64,000 nt of DNA from Raja brachyura (GCA_963514005.1 OY740785.1:87668001-87732000); one strand, 5' to 3'; positions 1 through 12,387 are shown, counted from the first letter of the stretch. Numbers and translations are program-made. Notes: a model not told the origin generated them from the sequence alone.

Positions 1-47
1 GTGTTGAATCCACCGCCATTTCTTTATATTCCAATAAATTGCCATCT

Positions 48-185
48 TTAGGAATCCATGTCTTCGTGCTCTGAAGTACTTCCCAAGTTCAGAAAGTACT
101 GCACGACTGCGGGAGGCTGCCCTGCGGGAGGCTGTTTAGTGGGAGCGCTGCGACCTCTGCCGGCGGCCGACCCCACCATCCCGCA
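48..185 (-). CDS. KIDINS220: Candidate distal alternative terminal exon of KIDINS220 (CGMVG...PAVVQYFLNLGSTSEHEDMDS*)
   Basis: gtttcgctgctgtctgtcag| acceptor in phase 0, open to TAA at 48; GC/CpG-rich compared with its surroundings. Confidence 0.45.
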   Translation of the reverse strand, partial: CGMVGSAAGRGRSAPTKQPPAGQPPAVVQYFLNLGSTSEHEDMDS

Positions 186-574
186 CTGACAGACAGCAGC
201 GAAACGCAAGCGGCAACGAGCGGGGTTTAGATGATCGGAAGCTCGCCCGAATACATCAGTTTGCCAGAGGGAGGGATGCAGAAGTGAAGTTGCAAAGAGT
301 TGAATCAACAAATGAAGACGGTTCTGGGGTGTGGAAATGAGATGTGACAGGGCTGGGGAAATGAAGGATTGGGGGAGATAGAGCTATGGGATGAGTGAGC
401 GGTGGGTTTAAACTGAGGAGATTGCCAGTTAGGGGACTAAACTAAAGAAATGCAGATGCTGGTTTGTACCAAAGATAGACACAAAGTGCTGGAGTAACTC
501 AGCAAGTTCGGAGACCTGTTAGGCGTTTACAGTTTATCCTGCTGAGCAGTCATATCGGCGCTGGGTGTCAGTGA

Positions 575-965
575 AATGTGAAACATTGCATTTAGAAACC
601 ATCTATCTCGTGCTCATGTCCCCAAAGGGGTTTTACGTACCTCTGAAACATGGCAATTTTTGTAATATTGGAGGTGCGGTAGCTGATATACAAGACGCTC
701 ACACCGAAAACAGCGTTAAAAAGACCGAGACCATGTTTTAATAAAGTTAATTACTTCTGAGGTGAACATGAGAAACAGGAGCAGGGATTGATTGAAGGGT
801 AATCATTGACCAGACACCGAGGAAACTCCCCTGTTCCTCTTCCATACATTGCAATGGGATTGCGAAACACAGCAGGGCCTCATCTCTGACTCCCTCAGTA
901 TTGGCATTGGATTTGAACCCAGAATATTCTGAATTAGAGAAAAGGGTGTTGACGAACATGAGACA
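575..965 (-). mobile_element. DeuSINE-type (SacSINE1-like) relic
   Basis: Minus strand ATCCCATTGCAATG..GAAGAGGAACAGGGGAGTTTCCTCGGTGTCTGGTCAAT resembles the Deu-domain core. Confidence 0.55.
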
Positions 966-1142
966 TGGAGCATAGATACTAGTTGTCTAATGCGACGAAA
1001 CGCTGGACTTTACCTTACTGTCAGTGTTTGGGAACATAAAGTGGTTGATAGGGCAGATGGAGAGTGGGAACTGGTTAACGTGCATGTCAGAATTCATTCA
1101 GTCACCGCGCAGAAGGTTGACATTGACAGACATTCAGTGGGT

Positions 1143-1268
1143 AGGAAGGAACTGCAGATGCTGGTTTAAATCGAAAGTAGACACAAAATGCTGGAGTAAC
1201 TCAGTGGGACAGGCAGCATCTCTGCAGAGAAGGAATTGGTAGTTTTTGGTCAAGACCCTTCTTCAGAC
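1143..1268 (-). repeat. Penelope terminal-repeat fragment with degenerate hammerhead motif
   Basis: GTCTGAAGAAGGGTCTTGACCAAAAAC...GATGCTGCCTGTCCCACTGAGTTACTCCAGCA shared with other copies. Confidence 0.65.
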
Positions 1269-1284
1269 ATTCATTGGGTATAGG

Positions 1285-1545
1285 GAGACAGTGGGGAAGT
1301 TGGGTTGAATCAGCCATGATCTTATGAAATGGAAGAACATACTCAAGGGGCTGAGTGGCCTCCTCCTGCGCCTGTTTCTCATGTCACTTCATAAGTTCAT
1401 AAGTTATAGGAGCAGATTGATGCCATTTGGCCCATCAAGTCTACTTCACCATTCAATCATGGCTAATCTATCTATATTTTCCTTTCAACCTCTTTCTCTA
1501 GCCTTCTCCCCATAACCCCTGACCATAACCACCCGTACTAATCAG
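1285..1545. mobile_element. Two CR1 LINE 3' ends, tail to tail
   Basis: ATCAGCCATGATC..GAATGG..GGCCT.CTCCTG 3'UTR on + then on -. Confidence 0.7.
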
Positions 1546-4500
1546 ACTTTATAAAGTACAGAGAGATCTTAGCAATAAGTCTGCCGTGAGATTTAGAGGA
1601 GAGTAATGATATACACTTCTTTAGAAGAGACTTCACAGGAACATAAAGATGGGTGGTGATTTTGAACAAGGGAACAATGTAGGGAGTGGGGCAGAGTATG
1701 AGCTGGGATTTAGCGACCGGAGCCATTCTACAACTGTTGCCGTTTGGATCAAATACATTATGAAAACTACAGGCTGTCAGGGAGGCTTCACTGAGAAACA
1801 ATAATTATAGGTCATAAACCATGTCACTGTTAAAACCAGATGTTAATTGACTCATCGCCAGGGATGCAAACTTATTTTGGAAATTCCAATACAATTACTA
1901 TCACAATAAGTTTGTTAGTATAAGAAGATTTTGGAATTCAAAATATCAATGCCTTTGCAGATTCAATACATTCTTGTTTTTGTTTGATAAATGACATTAC
2001 ATTCTTATGCAATTACCACCTTTGTAATGTAAAATTTTATGATATGCCATACAGTTGAATTAAACAGCAAGGCAGTGCTGCCCACTGCTGGCCAAAGATT
2101 GAATGCCAAACACATTAGTTTGGAAGTGTTTTGATCATTCACAGATAGATCATTCATGTACATTTATATTGGTAGCTGATCGGACTTGTATGTCTCTCCT
2201 ATTTTTTTTTAAAACATACATTCAGCTTCATTTCCCTGTTCTTTCCTTGTTGTGCTTGGATTTGTTCTTCAGATATTTATCCAAATCCTTTTTGAAAGTT
2301 ACTTTTGTATCCACTTCTACTCCATTTGAGGTCATGAATTCCACATGATATCAGAAGACCTGCTTGTAAAGTATTGTAGTGCTGATGGATGTTTGCAGTA
2401 AAATGAAGCAAAACTAAGTGAACAAACCAACCAGCTAGTTTGGAGACACAAATGTTTTCTCTCAAATGGCACTCTAATTACTCATAGGAAAATTCATATT
2501 TTACACAGGATTTACTCTTACCAATACTTATCAATGGTTATACATTTGAACTTGCCCAGGAAGCTTTATGTACATATCTCACATGACCATTTGTAGGCAT
2601 TAATACCATTCACTGGCTCCATGACACACCCCTGGAGCAATTACTCCTGCAACCAATTTAGACCAGCAGGCATATGTGCCTGATTATCATATCTATTTGT
2701 ATTTTGTATCTTTGTGTATTTCTTTGTAAGTGTATTCTGTGAAAGTGTATCCCGGTTTCATACAAGGTTGATATTTATAGCTTTACGAGTTTAATGATGG
2801 GTTAGGATATGAGTGTTTAGTATTTGTTAGAGTGAATTAGTAGTTTCCTTTATTTAGTAGATACTGGTAGCATAGGTGGTGAGAGCAGGTATTGAGGGGG
2901 CTTGCTATGGGATACCAGAACCAATGGTTGAGCTTTCCCAAGGCATCGTGGGCCTAACTCAACGAAACACCAGTGAAGGGAGCTGCCCACTTGATAACCC
3001 CAATAATATACATGATCAGTTATTTTTATATGCTTGTTAACATGTAGGCAGCTGATTATTGCATATAGTTATAGTCCTTAGCATAAGTTAGTACAATCGT
3101 TTAGATAGTACTTTGCCTTTGGGCTTGGGTTTCTAGGTTGAGGGCTTATCCTGGTGTTATAGCACAAGCACAAATTGTGTTTTAATTGTAATTTAATTTG
3201 AAAAGGTCTTGCATTTACAATACACACCAAATAAAGGAACTTTCAAATTAGAAGCAAGAGGAGGTCACTTGCCCCTGGTGTCAGCTCTATCAATTAATAA
3301 GATCACGGCGGATCTGATTGTAACCTTAGCTTCACTCCTTTCTTACTCATGGTGACCTTTTACCCTCGCTTATTAAATACCTATCCACCTCTGCCTTAAA
3401 TATATTGTGGGGAGTGTTGGTGAGAATGTGTGGATAATTTAAAAAAAGTAGGACTAATGCAGGATTAGTGTAAATGGATGTGAATTTAATGGGCTGGAGG
3501 CCCTGCTGTATCTCTCTATGATAATCAACTATGAGTTCTGACTTAACAAAATGTGTTGGATGCTGTACCAGAGACCAACAATTAGAATTTAAAAAAACGA
3601 ACGTTACCTGACAATGCACTTACCTAAACCTTACCTAAGCATGCAGGTACAGCAGGCAGTGAAGAAAGCAAATGGCATGTTGGCCTTCATAGCAAGAGGA
3701 TTTGAGTATAGGAGCAAGGAGGTCCTACTGCAGTTGTACCGCACCTGGAGTATCGTGTGCGGTTTTGTCCAGTCAACAGATGCAGCCTGACCTGCTGAGG
3801 GTTTTCTGTTTATTTTATTTCAGACGTAAAGCATTTGCAGCTTTTTTTACATTTTGATTTTCTGCATTTATATGGCTAAATCTTTTGAGTTTCAGGTCAA
3901 TGGTGACTCCAGGAATCTAATGATGAGGGATTTGGCAGTGGTAATGCCCTTGATGGCAAATATAGATGGTTATATTCTCTCTTACTGGAGATGGTTATTA
4001 CCTGGCATTTTTGGACACAAATGTAAGTTGCCACTTTTCATCCTTGGATTGGTTTCTCTGGAACGTCAGTGGCTCGGGGGTGATATGATATGATGAAATT
4101 CTAAGAGGCATTGATAGAGTACATATTCAGAACTTTTTTCTGAAAATGGCTACAATGCCTTTCGTTCTGTTATGCATTATCAATTGTACCAACTTTGGTC
4201 ATCCTTTTCAGAAAAGGGAAGATGGGCACAATTATTTAATATAGTAACACGACTGAGCTATAGGGAGGTTGTGGGAAAAGCAAATTTCGGTATTTTGGGG
4301 GATGCGGCGGAAAGTTGGCAGTGCAAATTGAAGACCTGAAGGATATAGAAAGAAGAGACAGCAAAGATTGCCTGAGGGTGATTAAATATTTCAATAAAAT
4401 ATGTAATGTGATACAAGTTGAATATTGACCAAATATTGCTGCAAAGATGTTCATATCACAATGAGTTCCTTGTTTCTAGTTAATGTTCATATCACAATGA

Positions 4501-5806
4501 GTCATATCACAAGCAGCGATGCCTGATGGACTGAGCTCAGCCAAATCAGCTTGATTATCTCCATCTGCCTGCCCCTAAAACATCAATATCATCTGAAGCT
4601 TTGTCCCAAAAAGAACAGTAAGAAAGCATTCCCTGTGGAAGAAATAATATCCCTGCTCAAATTTGAAAACTTGGAAATGAAGTGTTTCAGCAGAAAATCC
4701 ACCATCTTGCTGTCCACATCAGGGAGGAGGGGATATATGCTAAGGGACTGCACACAAAGTCCATAACTAGCTCCTTGGTCTTACTGACATTGAGACAGGT
4801 TGTTGTGTTGGCACCATTTGGTCAGTCGATCGATCTGACTTCTATACTCTTGACTCATCACCATCTGAAATTCTGAAGATGAAGTTTGCACTGTGTGGGG
4901 CCTCATAGTCGTGAGTATAGAGTTCTAATGTTCTAAGTTTATCACATCAGCACATGAGATACAAGGTCTCTGCCTAAAGCTAAAACTCAGTGCAGATAAC
5001 TTTTGTTGTCTCGTTGAAAATTCCATGCAATATTTTTCTTTAAAAAACAGGATCCAAGTAATTGCCAGAAACAATGTGCAGGTTCTTCCCAGATTATGAA
5101 TGCGATGGCACCCAAGTTGTATACAACCTGTAGATACGAGTGAGTATTCGAGAGACTGGCAGGATGAATTTACTGCTGTGTGCATCTTCTGCTATGTGCA
5201 AACTCAGTTTGAGGCAATATAAATGGTTAAAACTAGAAACAAGGAACTGCCATTGTTGGTTTACAAAATAAGACACAGACGGCTGGAGTAGTTCAACAGG
5301 TCAAGCAGCATCTCAGAACATGGATAAGTGACATTTTGGGTTAGAGTCCTTCTTCACACTGCTTCAATACGAATAGTCCTGGTTCAACTACACTTTCTTC
5401 TTGGTTAGCCTATGCTTTTATTTAAATATATTGCCAGGTGGCTGCATTTTCGACTTGCAAATTGTTTGGGTTACGAGCAATTCTCAGAAACAGAATCCTG
5501 TCGCCAGATCTCGGGAGCACCTGTACTCTGTGCTGGAGGCAATTATTTATTAACCCAACCAGAAATTCCAGCCCATCCACTCGAAGTACCTGTGGTATCT
5601 GCTGTTTTTCTCATGACGTGTGCTGTAACAGCAGGACCATTTGGGGTGGGGAAATGTTTCCTATTTTACATTGTATTTTCTAGTCCTTTCTAGGAGCAGA
5701 TGATGGAAATTAGAACTTTGTGCATTAGTTCCAAAGCATTAATTTGCTGGAAAAAAACATGCACAATGCACACCTGAACTTTGAAACACCCTTGCTAAAG
5801 GTGGCA

Positions 5807-6130
5807 GGGCGGCACAGTGGCACAGCAGTGGAGTTGTTGCCTTACAGCACTCACAGTACTAGAGACCCGGGTTCGATCCTGACTACGGGTGCTGTCTGTA
5901 TGGAGTCTGTACATTCTCCCCATGACAGTGTGGGTTTTCCTCGATATCTTTGGTTTCCTCCCACACTCCAACAACGTTGACTTGGTATAAAAACAATGTT
6001 AATTAACCCGAGTGTGTGTAGGATAGTGTTAACGTGTGTGGATCGCTGGTCGGTGTGGACTTGGTGGGCCAAAGGGCCTGTTTCTAAACTATACTAAAGT
6101 TGGGCCTATCTCTAAACTATACTAAAGTTT
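5807..6130 (+). mobile_element. tRNA-derived V-SINE (HE1-like)
   Basis: A box TGGCACAGCAGTGG, B box GGTTCGATCC, V-domain TGCTGTCTGTATGGAG...GGTTTCCTCCCACA, duplicated CTAAACTATACTAAAG tail. Confidence 0.85.
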
Positions 6131-6588
6131 AGTATTTTCTATAATTAATCCAAAAGTAGATAATTTTATGGCTCACTAATGAGTTGGACTATTAAAGGGA
6201 AATACACTTAGAATAGGTGCAACGATTTAAAAATAGTATTTAGTTTTCTAAAAACCTGGAGATACAGGGTTTTGTACAGTTAGAAAAAGTCACAATAGCA
6301 GGAGGAATATTTTCAAGCTGAACAATGCATTTTAAATTCAGGAATAAAATCAATTTCCAATGTTTTAGGACCAGGAGTTTCAAGTAGTAACATACATCAC
6401 TACTCAATGAATTTAAGATGCAAATGTTCAAACTAATCAATGTAAAACACCAATAATGTGTTATCTAATGGCCCACGGAATCTCATCTGTGACTTAAGGT
6501 AGCGTTATACAACTGGGCAACTATTGTGATGTTACAATATAACCTATTGCAGAAATATGCATTTGTACCTGGTTGCCTCAGAGTATAA

Positions 6589-7095
6589 AGGGCCTGTCGC
6601 ACTTGGGCGATTTATCAGCGGACTGCAGGCGACTGTCAAGATCGCGGCACTCGCTGTAAAACCTGGAACTGGAACGGCGAGTGTCAGAGTGGAACACACA
6701 CACAAACACATTGCAAAGGCGGGGGCCAGGAAAAGCGGGGGAGCGCTGTCTGAATTTTACACGGTGCGAAGTCAAGGTGATACAGACACACACCACGATG
6801 AACAGGAAGGTTAAGACGGCTAGCACAGTGTACGGTAAGTCCTTTAAAAGAGGGGGGAGGGGAGAAGGGGGGAGAAGGAGTGGAGACACATTTAAGAAGC
6901 CAGACAACTTTTAATAAGCCAGAGATACACAGCTGTGAAGTATGGCGGGCATTTAACATTATCCTCGGTTATCCTTGGATCTGAAAACTCATGCTTACGT
7001 TTCTTTCCCCCAATGAGCCAATGAAAATGCCCGGTCAGCAAAGGTGATTAACTAAAACTACCTACGACTACCCATAACTACATGGCGACTGCACC
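6589..7095 (+). mobile_element. Probable PIF/Harbinger-type non-autonomous DNA transposon, right end missing
   Basis: Begins TAA|AGGGCCTGTCGCACTT (Harbinger-like TIR after TAA); no matching right TIR seen. Confidence 0.45.
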
Positions 7096-7493
7096 TTAAG
7101 TGTTAATGATTGTCATTGTGTACTATAATATCTATTAAAGGTTGTTGGCTTCTAGTTCCTAATGAACAATCAATTAACAGACTAACAGTTTAATAAGAGA
7201 GTTTAAATCCTGCAATGGCAGCTGTAGAATATAAACTATTCTCAGTAATGGTATTATGAAACCACCACAGATTCTGGCAAAAATCCATCTGGTTCACCAA
7301 TGATCTTCAGGGAAGTCTGCTATTCGTACCAGTCTGACTTAAAATCTAGTTTACTGTTATCCAAATTTGCCCCGCAAGTCCCTTGGTTGTATTAAAATCT
7401 TTCTATGACTCTATTAACTCTATATTGGTAAATTTATAGTTAATTTACTGGAGACCCAGAATAAACTTGACAAAAATATTATCACCATAACTA

Positions 7494-7627
7494 TTTATTT
7501 CTACATATACACAAAAGACAATACCTGTTATAAGATCACATAAACACAAATCAGTATAGTAGGAAATTTTGACACTAAATAATGTAATATTAACATTTAT
7601 TACTATATTGAAAATACAATATTTATT
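7494..7627 (-). terminator. Candidate polyadenylation signals of the main KIDINS220 3'UTR
   Basis: AATAAA on the minus strand at 7622-7627, 7596-7601 and 7494-7499; GU-rich tract at about 7502-7555; 430-560 nt after the stop. Confidence 0.5.
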
Positions 7628-8053
7628 TAACAAACTTGACTGTCAAAAACACAAATCACAGACACTGCTCAACTGTGCAATACATCTAAAATCAAGATGT
7701 TTTATACAAGCAACACAAACACAAGGTATAACTGTAAAGCTAATTTTCATAGCCATTTGAAAAATACACATGGCAATAAATACTGACCACATTTACACTC
7801 AGCACTGACATAGAGAAATACCAGCCTTACAATCACAAAGTATCAATTTAGTTCAGAATCTCAATATTTTATGCACAAACAGTAAACAATACCACTGTAA
7901 TACCATTACTACTACACATAATACTTTCTTGATACGATACATCTAATACTTGATTTGAGGTATGCTCTAACAACAGACTGGATGTGGAATGCCTAATGAT
8001 GCAACAAATAAATTTATATATCAAACTTGTGATTTTGACGGATCTTGCTTCTT

Positions 8054-9424
8054 TTACAGGATGCTCTCCCGTTCTTCTCCATAGGAATCACTGGGAACAA
8101 CTACACGCAGCTCAGATGAGGTGGAGCTCTTTGTGTGCTTAATAAAATTTGAAGGAACTTTGGAAGCGAGGCACCGTTTTACACCTAGACCTCGTAGGTT
8201 GTCATTCTTGAATGAGGCTGCATACATGTCATTCTGGACTGGTACTTTGCTCATTGCTGAGCCTGGTGTGGGATGGACAACTCGAGATGCATTTTTTCCC
8301 AAGTGCTCAGGGTCACCGGCTGTTTCCAAAAAATCTTTTGTCTCGTCTTCATCTGCATTCTGCAGCCTGGAAGTATTGCTGTTGTTATTGAGGGTTTCTG
8401 TACTTGCGGTTCTATTCATGTTGGTTACATTAAATGCTTTTTGAGATACTGGCCAGTTTTCCTCAGGACTACTGGCTATCAGGCTGCATTCAGAGGTTGA
8501 ACCAGTAGGGCTCTTCTTATCCTCAGAACAAATGGACATTCGAGCAATACTTGGGTCTTGTAGACCACTGAGACTGTTGGGAATACCTCTCTTATCTTTG
8601 GATGGATCATCCTCTAATTCAATCAAATTTGTTTTCTCCAGCTGGCTGTCTTCCATTTCATCTCGGAGTGAATGATTTGGTGTACTCTCATTGGATCTAA
8701 CCCCAGAGTCTGATGAATCCTTTTTGTCAAGCATAGCATCAGAAAGAGATTCCTTTGATTTGATCAAGGATTTGGCAGCAGCATTTTCATGATCAGTGAA
8801 ATTCATCTGTTTTTCACTTTTCTCTTTTACTGTTCTGTCTTTAAGCAGTGGCGTATAATCTGCGTCTTCTTGATGGGATTCATCTTGTTCACTGGGTAAT
8901 TTCTTATAATGTAAGCCCTTAATTGTTAAATCTGTTCCTTGGAAGATATTCACTCTATCTGAAGATTCTTTCCTAGAGAGCAGCTTAATTGTTGAAGGAT
9001 CTGGCTTTTCATCTTCTTCAGTGATGGGATCCAATAATGAAGCATCTGCTGTAGAAACAGTGGATGGTATAGAATCACTAACATCACTTACCGAAGACTT
9101 ACCTCCACGCGCAATGGTTTCCCTTTTACCTGCAAAGGATTTTTTGTCATCGTGTTGTTTCTGCTCTGCATCTTGATCGGAGCTTGTTTGAAAGGCAGTT
9201 GCACCTTTCCCCATAAAAAACTGACTAGCACCGTGGGACATAGAGAGATTAGATTCATCAACGATGGCAGCTGTGGAGCTGGATGGACCATCTAACTGTG
9301 CCATCTGGGCAATATATTCTTTATAGGCATCTCTGTACTCAGCCTGCTGCTTATCAGTGAGCCTGGTAAGACCATTCGAAGATTCCAGAGAGTTGATGCT
9401 GGAAAGACTTGGTGTTCTTTGAGG
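8054..9424 (-). CDS. KIDINS220: KIDINS220 main terminal coding exon (PQRTPSLSS...AEYRDAYKEYIAQM...EERESIL*)
   Basis: Acceptor ttttctttgtctttacgacag| at 9425; 456 aa to TAA; C-terminal PDZ-binding ESIL. Confidence 0.97.
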   Translation of the reverse strand, partial: PQRTPSLSSINSLESSNGLTRLTDKQQAEYRDAYKEYIAQMAQLDGPSSSTAAIVDESNLSMSHGASQFFMGKGATAFQTSSDQDAEQKQHDDKKSFAGKRETIARGGKSSVSDVSDSIPSTVSTADASLLDPITEEDEKPDPSTIKLLSRKESSDRVNIFQGTDLTIKGLHYKKLPSEQDESHQEDADYTPLLKDRTVKEKSEKQMNFTDHENAAAKSLIKSKESLSDAMLDKKDSSDSGVRSNESTPNHSLRDEMEDSQLEKTNLIELEDDPSKDKRGIPNSLSGLQDPSIARMSICSEDKKSPTGSTSECSLIASSPEENWPVSQKAFNVTNMNRTASTETLNNNSNTSRLQNADEDETKDFLETAGDPEHLGKNASRVVHPTPGSAMSKVPVQNDMYAASFKNDNLRGLGVKRCLASKVPSNFIKHTKSSTSSELRVVVPSDSYGEERESIL

Positions 9425-9689
9425 CTGTCGTAAAGACAAAGAAAAGCTCATTACAAATTTTCATTAAATAGGGTAATAATCATATCAATGGAAAATCAAT
9501 GTTTATTCTTACATTGTATGCAAGCAAATGCCAAATACTAGAAATTAATCCCGTGATTACAAACATGCAATATACAAATGAATTTCAAATGCAGAGAAAC
9601 CAGGCAGGTGCTATTAAAATCTGCTATGTAGACACAACCAAAGATAAATTTCCACCTAAATCTATCGATCTTTGCCTTATACATAGTCA

Positions 9690-10800
9690 GCGACTCACCC
9701 TCCACAGCTTTCTTGGGCAGGGAATTGCAAAGATTACTATCCTCTAAGTGAAAAGGTTTTTCCTTATCTCAGACCTGAATGGCCAACTCTTTATTTTGAG
9801 ACTATGATCCTTATTGCCATGAAACCCCAACTTGGGGTGGATGCTTCAATGAGATCACTTCCCATCATTTTAAACTCTAAAAGCTGTTTAATAACTTCTT
9901 GCAGGAAAATACCCATCCTAACAGTCAATCTGACAACACTTACTCCATGTGTTGCAAGTATATCCTTACTTAATTAGGAAGAACTGATGTGTGCACAATA
10001 TTCTTGCAATTTCACCAGGTTATATTTAATGCCATAAGACTTCTTTACTTTTGTACTCAGTTTTGCTGCATTAAAGGCCAATGTATAATTTCCCACTGTT
10101 ATTGCTTCCAATACCTACATGTGTTGATTATGGGTGCAAGGACATCAAGGGCCTCTGAACATCAACACTGTTTCATTATTCATCTTAAACAAAGCACTAC
10201 TTTTCAGTTTTTTCCACGCAAGTAAATATCCTCTTAACTTCCACAATGTATTCTATTTGCCACAAACTCATTTGTCATGTGTCCCAATTTAGCGTACTAG
10301 ATGACTTTGCAACCACCTCACATCCTCGCTGGCACTAAGCTTAGCTTGGCTCACAATGCACCTTATGCCTTCGTCCAAATCATTGAAAATATGGGGCCTT
10401 AACACCAATCCCAATAGTACCCCACCAGTCACAGCCTCCCAATCTAAAAATGATCCAGAAATCTCTATTTTGTTTGCCTTACAATCAATCCTTATTAATT
10501 TATTACCAGATAATCAACATGTTCCCTCATTTTGTTTAGTAACCTAAGTATCACTTTATCAAAGGACTTCAAGAAGTCCAAATGTACGATGTCTATGAAT
10601 TCCCTGACGCCAATTCTACTGATTACAATCTCAATTTTTTAATTTAAATGATCACATACGATTTTCCGTACATAAATCCGCATTGACTCTGGTCAATCCT
10701 GTTATTATTTTCTACATGCCCTGCTTACTATTTTTTAATGATGAATTCTAGCATTTTTCCAACGACCAATGTCGGGCTATAGCAGCATTACTGGCATGTA
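9690..10800 (-). mobile_element. Old degraded CR1 LINE fragment
   Basis: Patchy RT-region similarity to the younger CR1 copies in the window. Confidence 0.5.
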
Positions 10801-10839
10801 GACTCAAACACACAAAAACAAATTGTATATAAATTACAC

Positions 10840-11168
10840 ATGAACATGTTCCCGATGTTGGGGGAGTCCAGAATCAGGGGCCACAGTCTAAGAATAAGGA
10901 GTAAGCAATTTAGAACGGAGACGAGGAAACACTTTTTCTCACAGAGAGTGGTGAGTCTGTGGAATTCTCTGCCTCAGAGGGCAATGGAGGCAGGTTCTCT
11001 GGATGCTTTCAAGAGAGAGCTAGATAGGGCTCTTAAAAATAGCAGAGTCAGGGGATATGGGGAGAAGGTAGGAACGGGGCACTGATTGGGAATTATCAGC
11101 CATGATCATATTGAATGGCGGTGCTGGCTCGAAGGGCCGAATGGTCTACTCCTGCACCTATTGTCTAT
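10840..11168 (+). mobile_element. CR1 LINE 3' end (CTATTGT tail subfamily)
   Basis: ORF2 C-terminus RGHSLRI...FSQRVVSLWNSLP, 3'UTR and tail. Confidence 0.92.
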
Positions 11169-11756
11169 AGTCGGATTACTTTCTGAATGCACTGTAAACT
11201 CCCTGCCAGATGATAGCAGTCAGAACAAAACAATTGCTTCTCCCTGATATTAGTGTTAGTGTCTTATGAATTTCAACTCATTGCTAATTAGTCAAACTAA
11301 TCTTTGAGGCCCCACATTCAGTTCTCCAATTTTACTAATCCTAGTTTATTTGGACTCAAATAGTATTCCAGAAATTAATTACATTGTGGTTTTCATTTTA
11401 ATTTAGACCCTAGCTGCATTTTCTCCAGCAGGAAGCAGTTCTCCCTTCTCCTCTGTTATTAAGATTTCTCCAAGTGTAAAATGTTCAGCAGAAAAGTGAA
11501 AATTATCGTCTCTAAGGATGTAGCATTGTAACAATGCGTTGATAGGTTATCAAAATATCTTACTGGGTGAAGGAAATTGCACCTCCAGAGGATAACTCAG
11601 TAATTTTGTTGGAACGCAAGCACGTGTTTCAAAACTTAAATGGGATTTGTCCAAAATGTTGTTTTTCTGCCAGTTTGTTAGGCTGTGCATTCTGAATAGG
11701 ACACGAATAGGATGATACCAGTATATTACAGCATAAAGTAAGATATTTAATCTTAC

Positions 11757-11802
11757 TCCCTAGTGGGTGATCGAGCTATGATTCATGCAGCCTTCTTGCA
11801 AG
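11757..11802 (-). CDS. KIDINS220: Candidate stop-containing cassette exon (LARRLHES*)
   Basis: ttacttacttttgtgcag| 46 nt |gtaaga; in-frame TAG after 8 codons; lies between the penultimate and last exons. Confidence 0.5.
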
Positions 11803-12387
11803 CTGCACAAAAGTAAGTAACAACAGAAAATTGAATTTGAGGAGTAGATTTGCTGACAACAAAAAACTTTCAATTATTAGCAATTAAATATGTGCTACTG
11901 AATAAATTTTGGTTGCGGCTGAATTGAATACCCCCCATTAACTAAAGATTGGGGGTGGCCTTACATGTTGCTCAATGTATCTCGCCATTTGTGTTCACCT
12001 ATAAACAATCCCCTATAATCAGGACTTAGACCAAACATTCGTAGGTTTGTCTCATAGCTTCTACACAAGGGTCTGCAATTCAACCACAATAGATTTGACA
12101 AGTTGGTGAAACTAGGAATGGGGCTTTGGTGGCCGGCCAAGTCTTCAAGAATGGAAATCTAGGCTACTGCTCATGCCAGGCTACCAGAATCTCTTCATGC
12201 TTTGGGCCAGTGAGATGGGCCTCCACATTCAAAGCAGGCAAGCATGGGCATGTGATGACCACTGGAGGCAATTACTGGAGTCAGTAGACCCACACCACTA
12301 AGATCTGGCCCCAACAATACACCTCCGACCTATTAATTATTTGTTTGCATTTATAAAGTTGCACCTAAACTGTACCATAAACCTAAA

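Noticed and set aside
2592-3170. Solo LTR (TG...CA)
   Set aside because: No exact target-site duplication or second copy identified by eye.
5807-5885. tRNA gene
   Set aside because: The A and B boxes belong to a SINE head that continues into the V-domain; no full cloverleaf.
6557-6959. Four overlapping ORFs of 77-109 aa
   Set aside because: They lie inside a probable MITE; low complexity and no recognisable domain.
8121-8500. Plus-strand ORFs (107 aa and 75 aa) over the last exon
   Set aside because: Antisense shadows of the KIDINS220 coding frame; no independent features.
9425-9451. ATG start of the 465-aa ORF as a stand-alone gene
   Set aside because: MSFSLSLRQ is the translated polypyrimidine tract and acceptor; the ORF is a spliced terminal exon.
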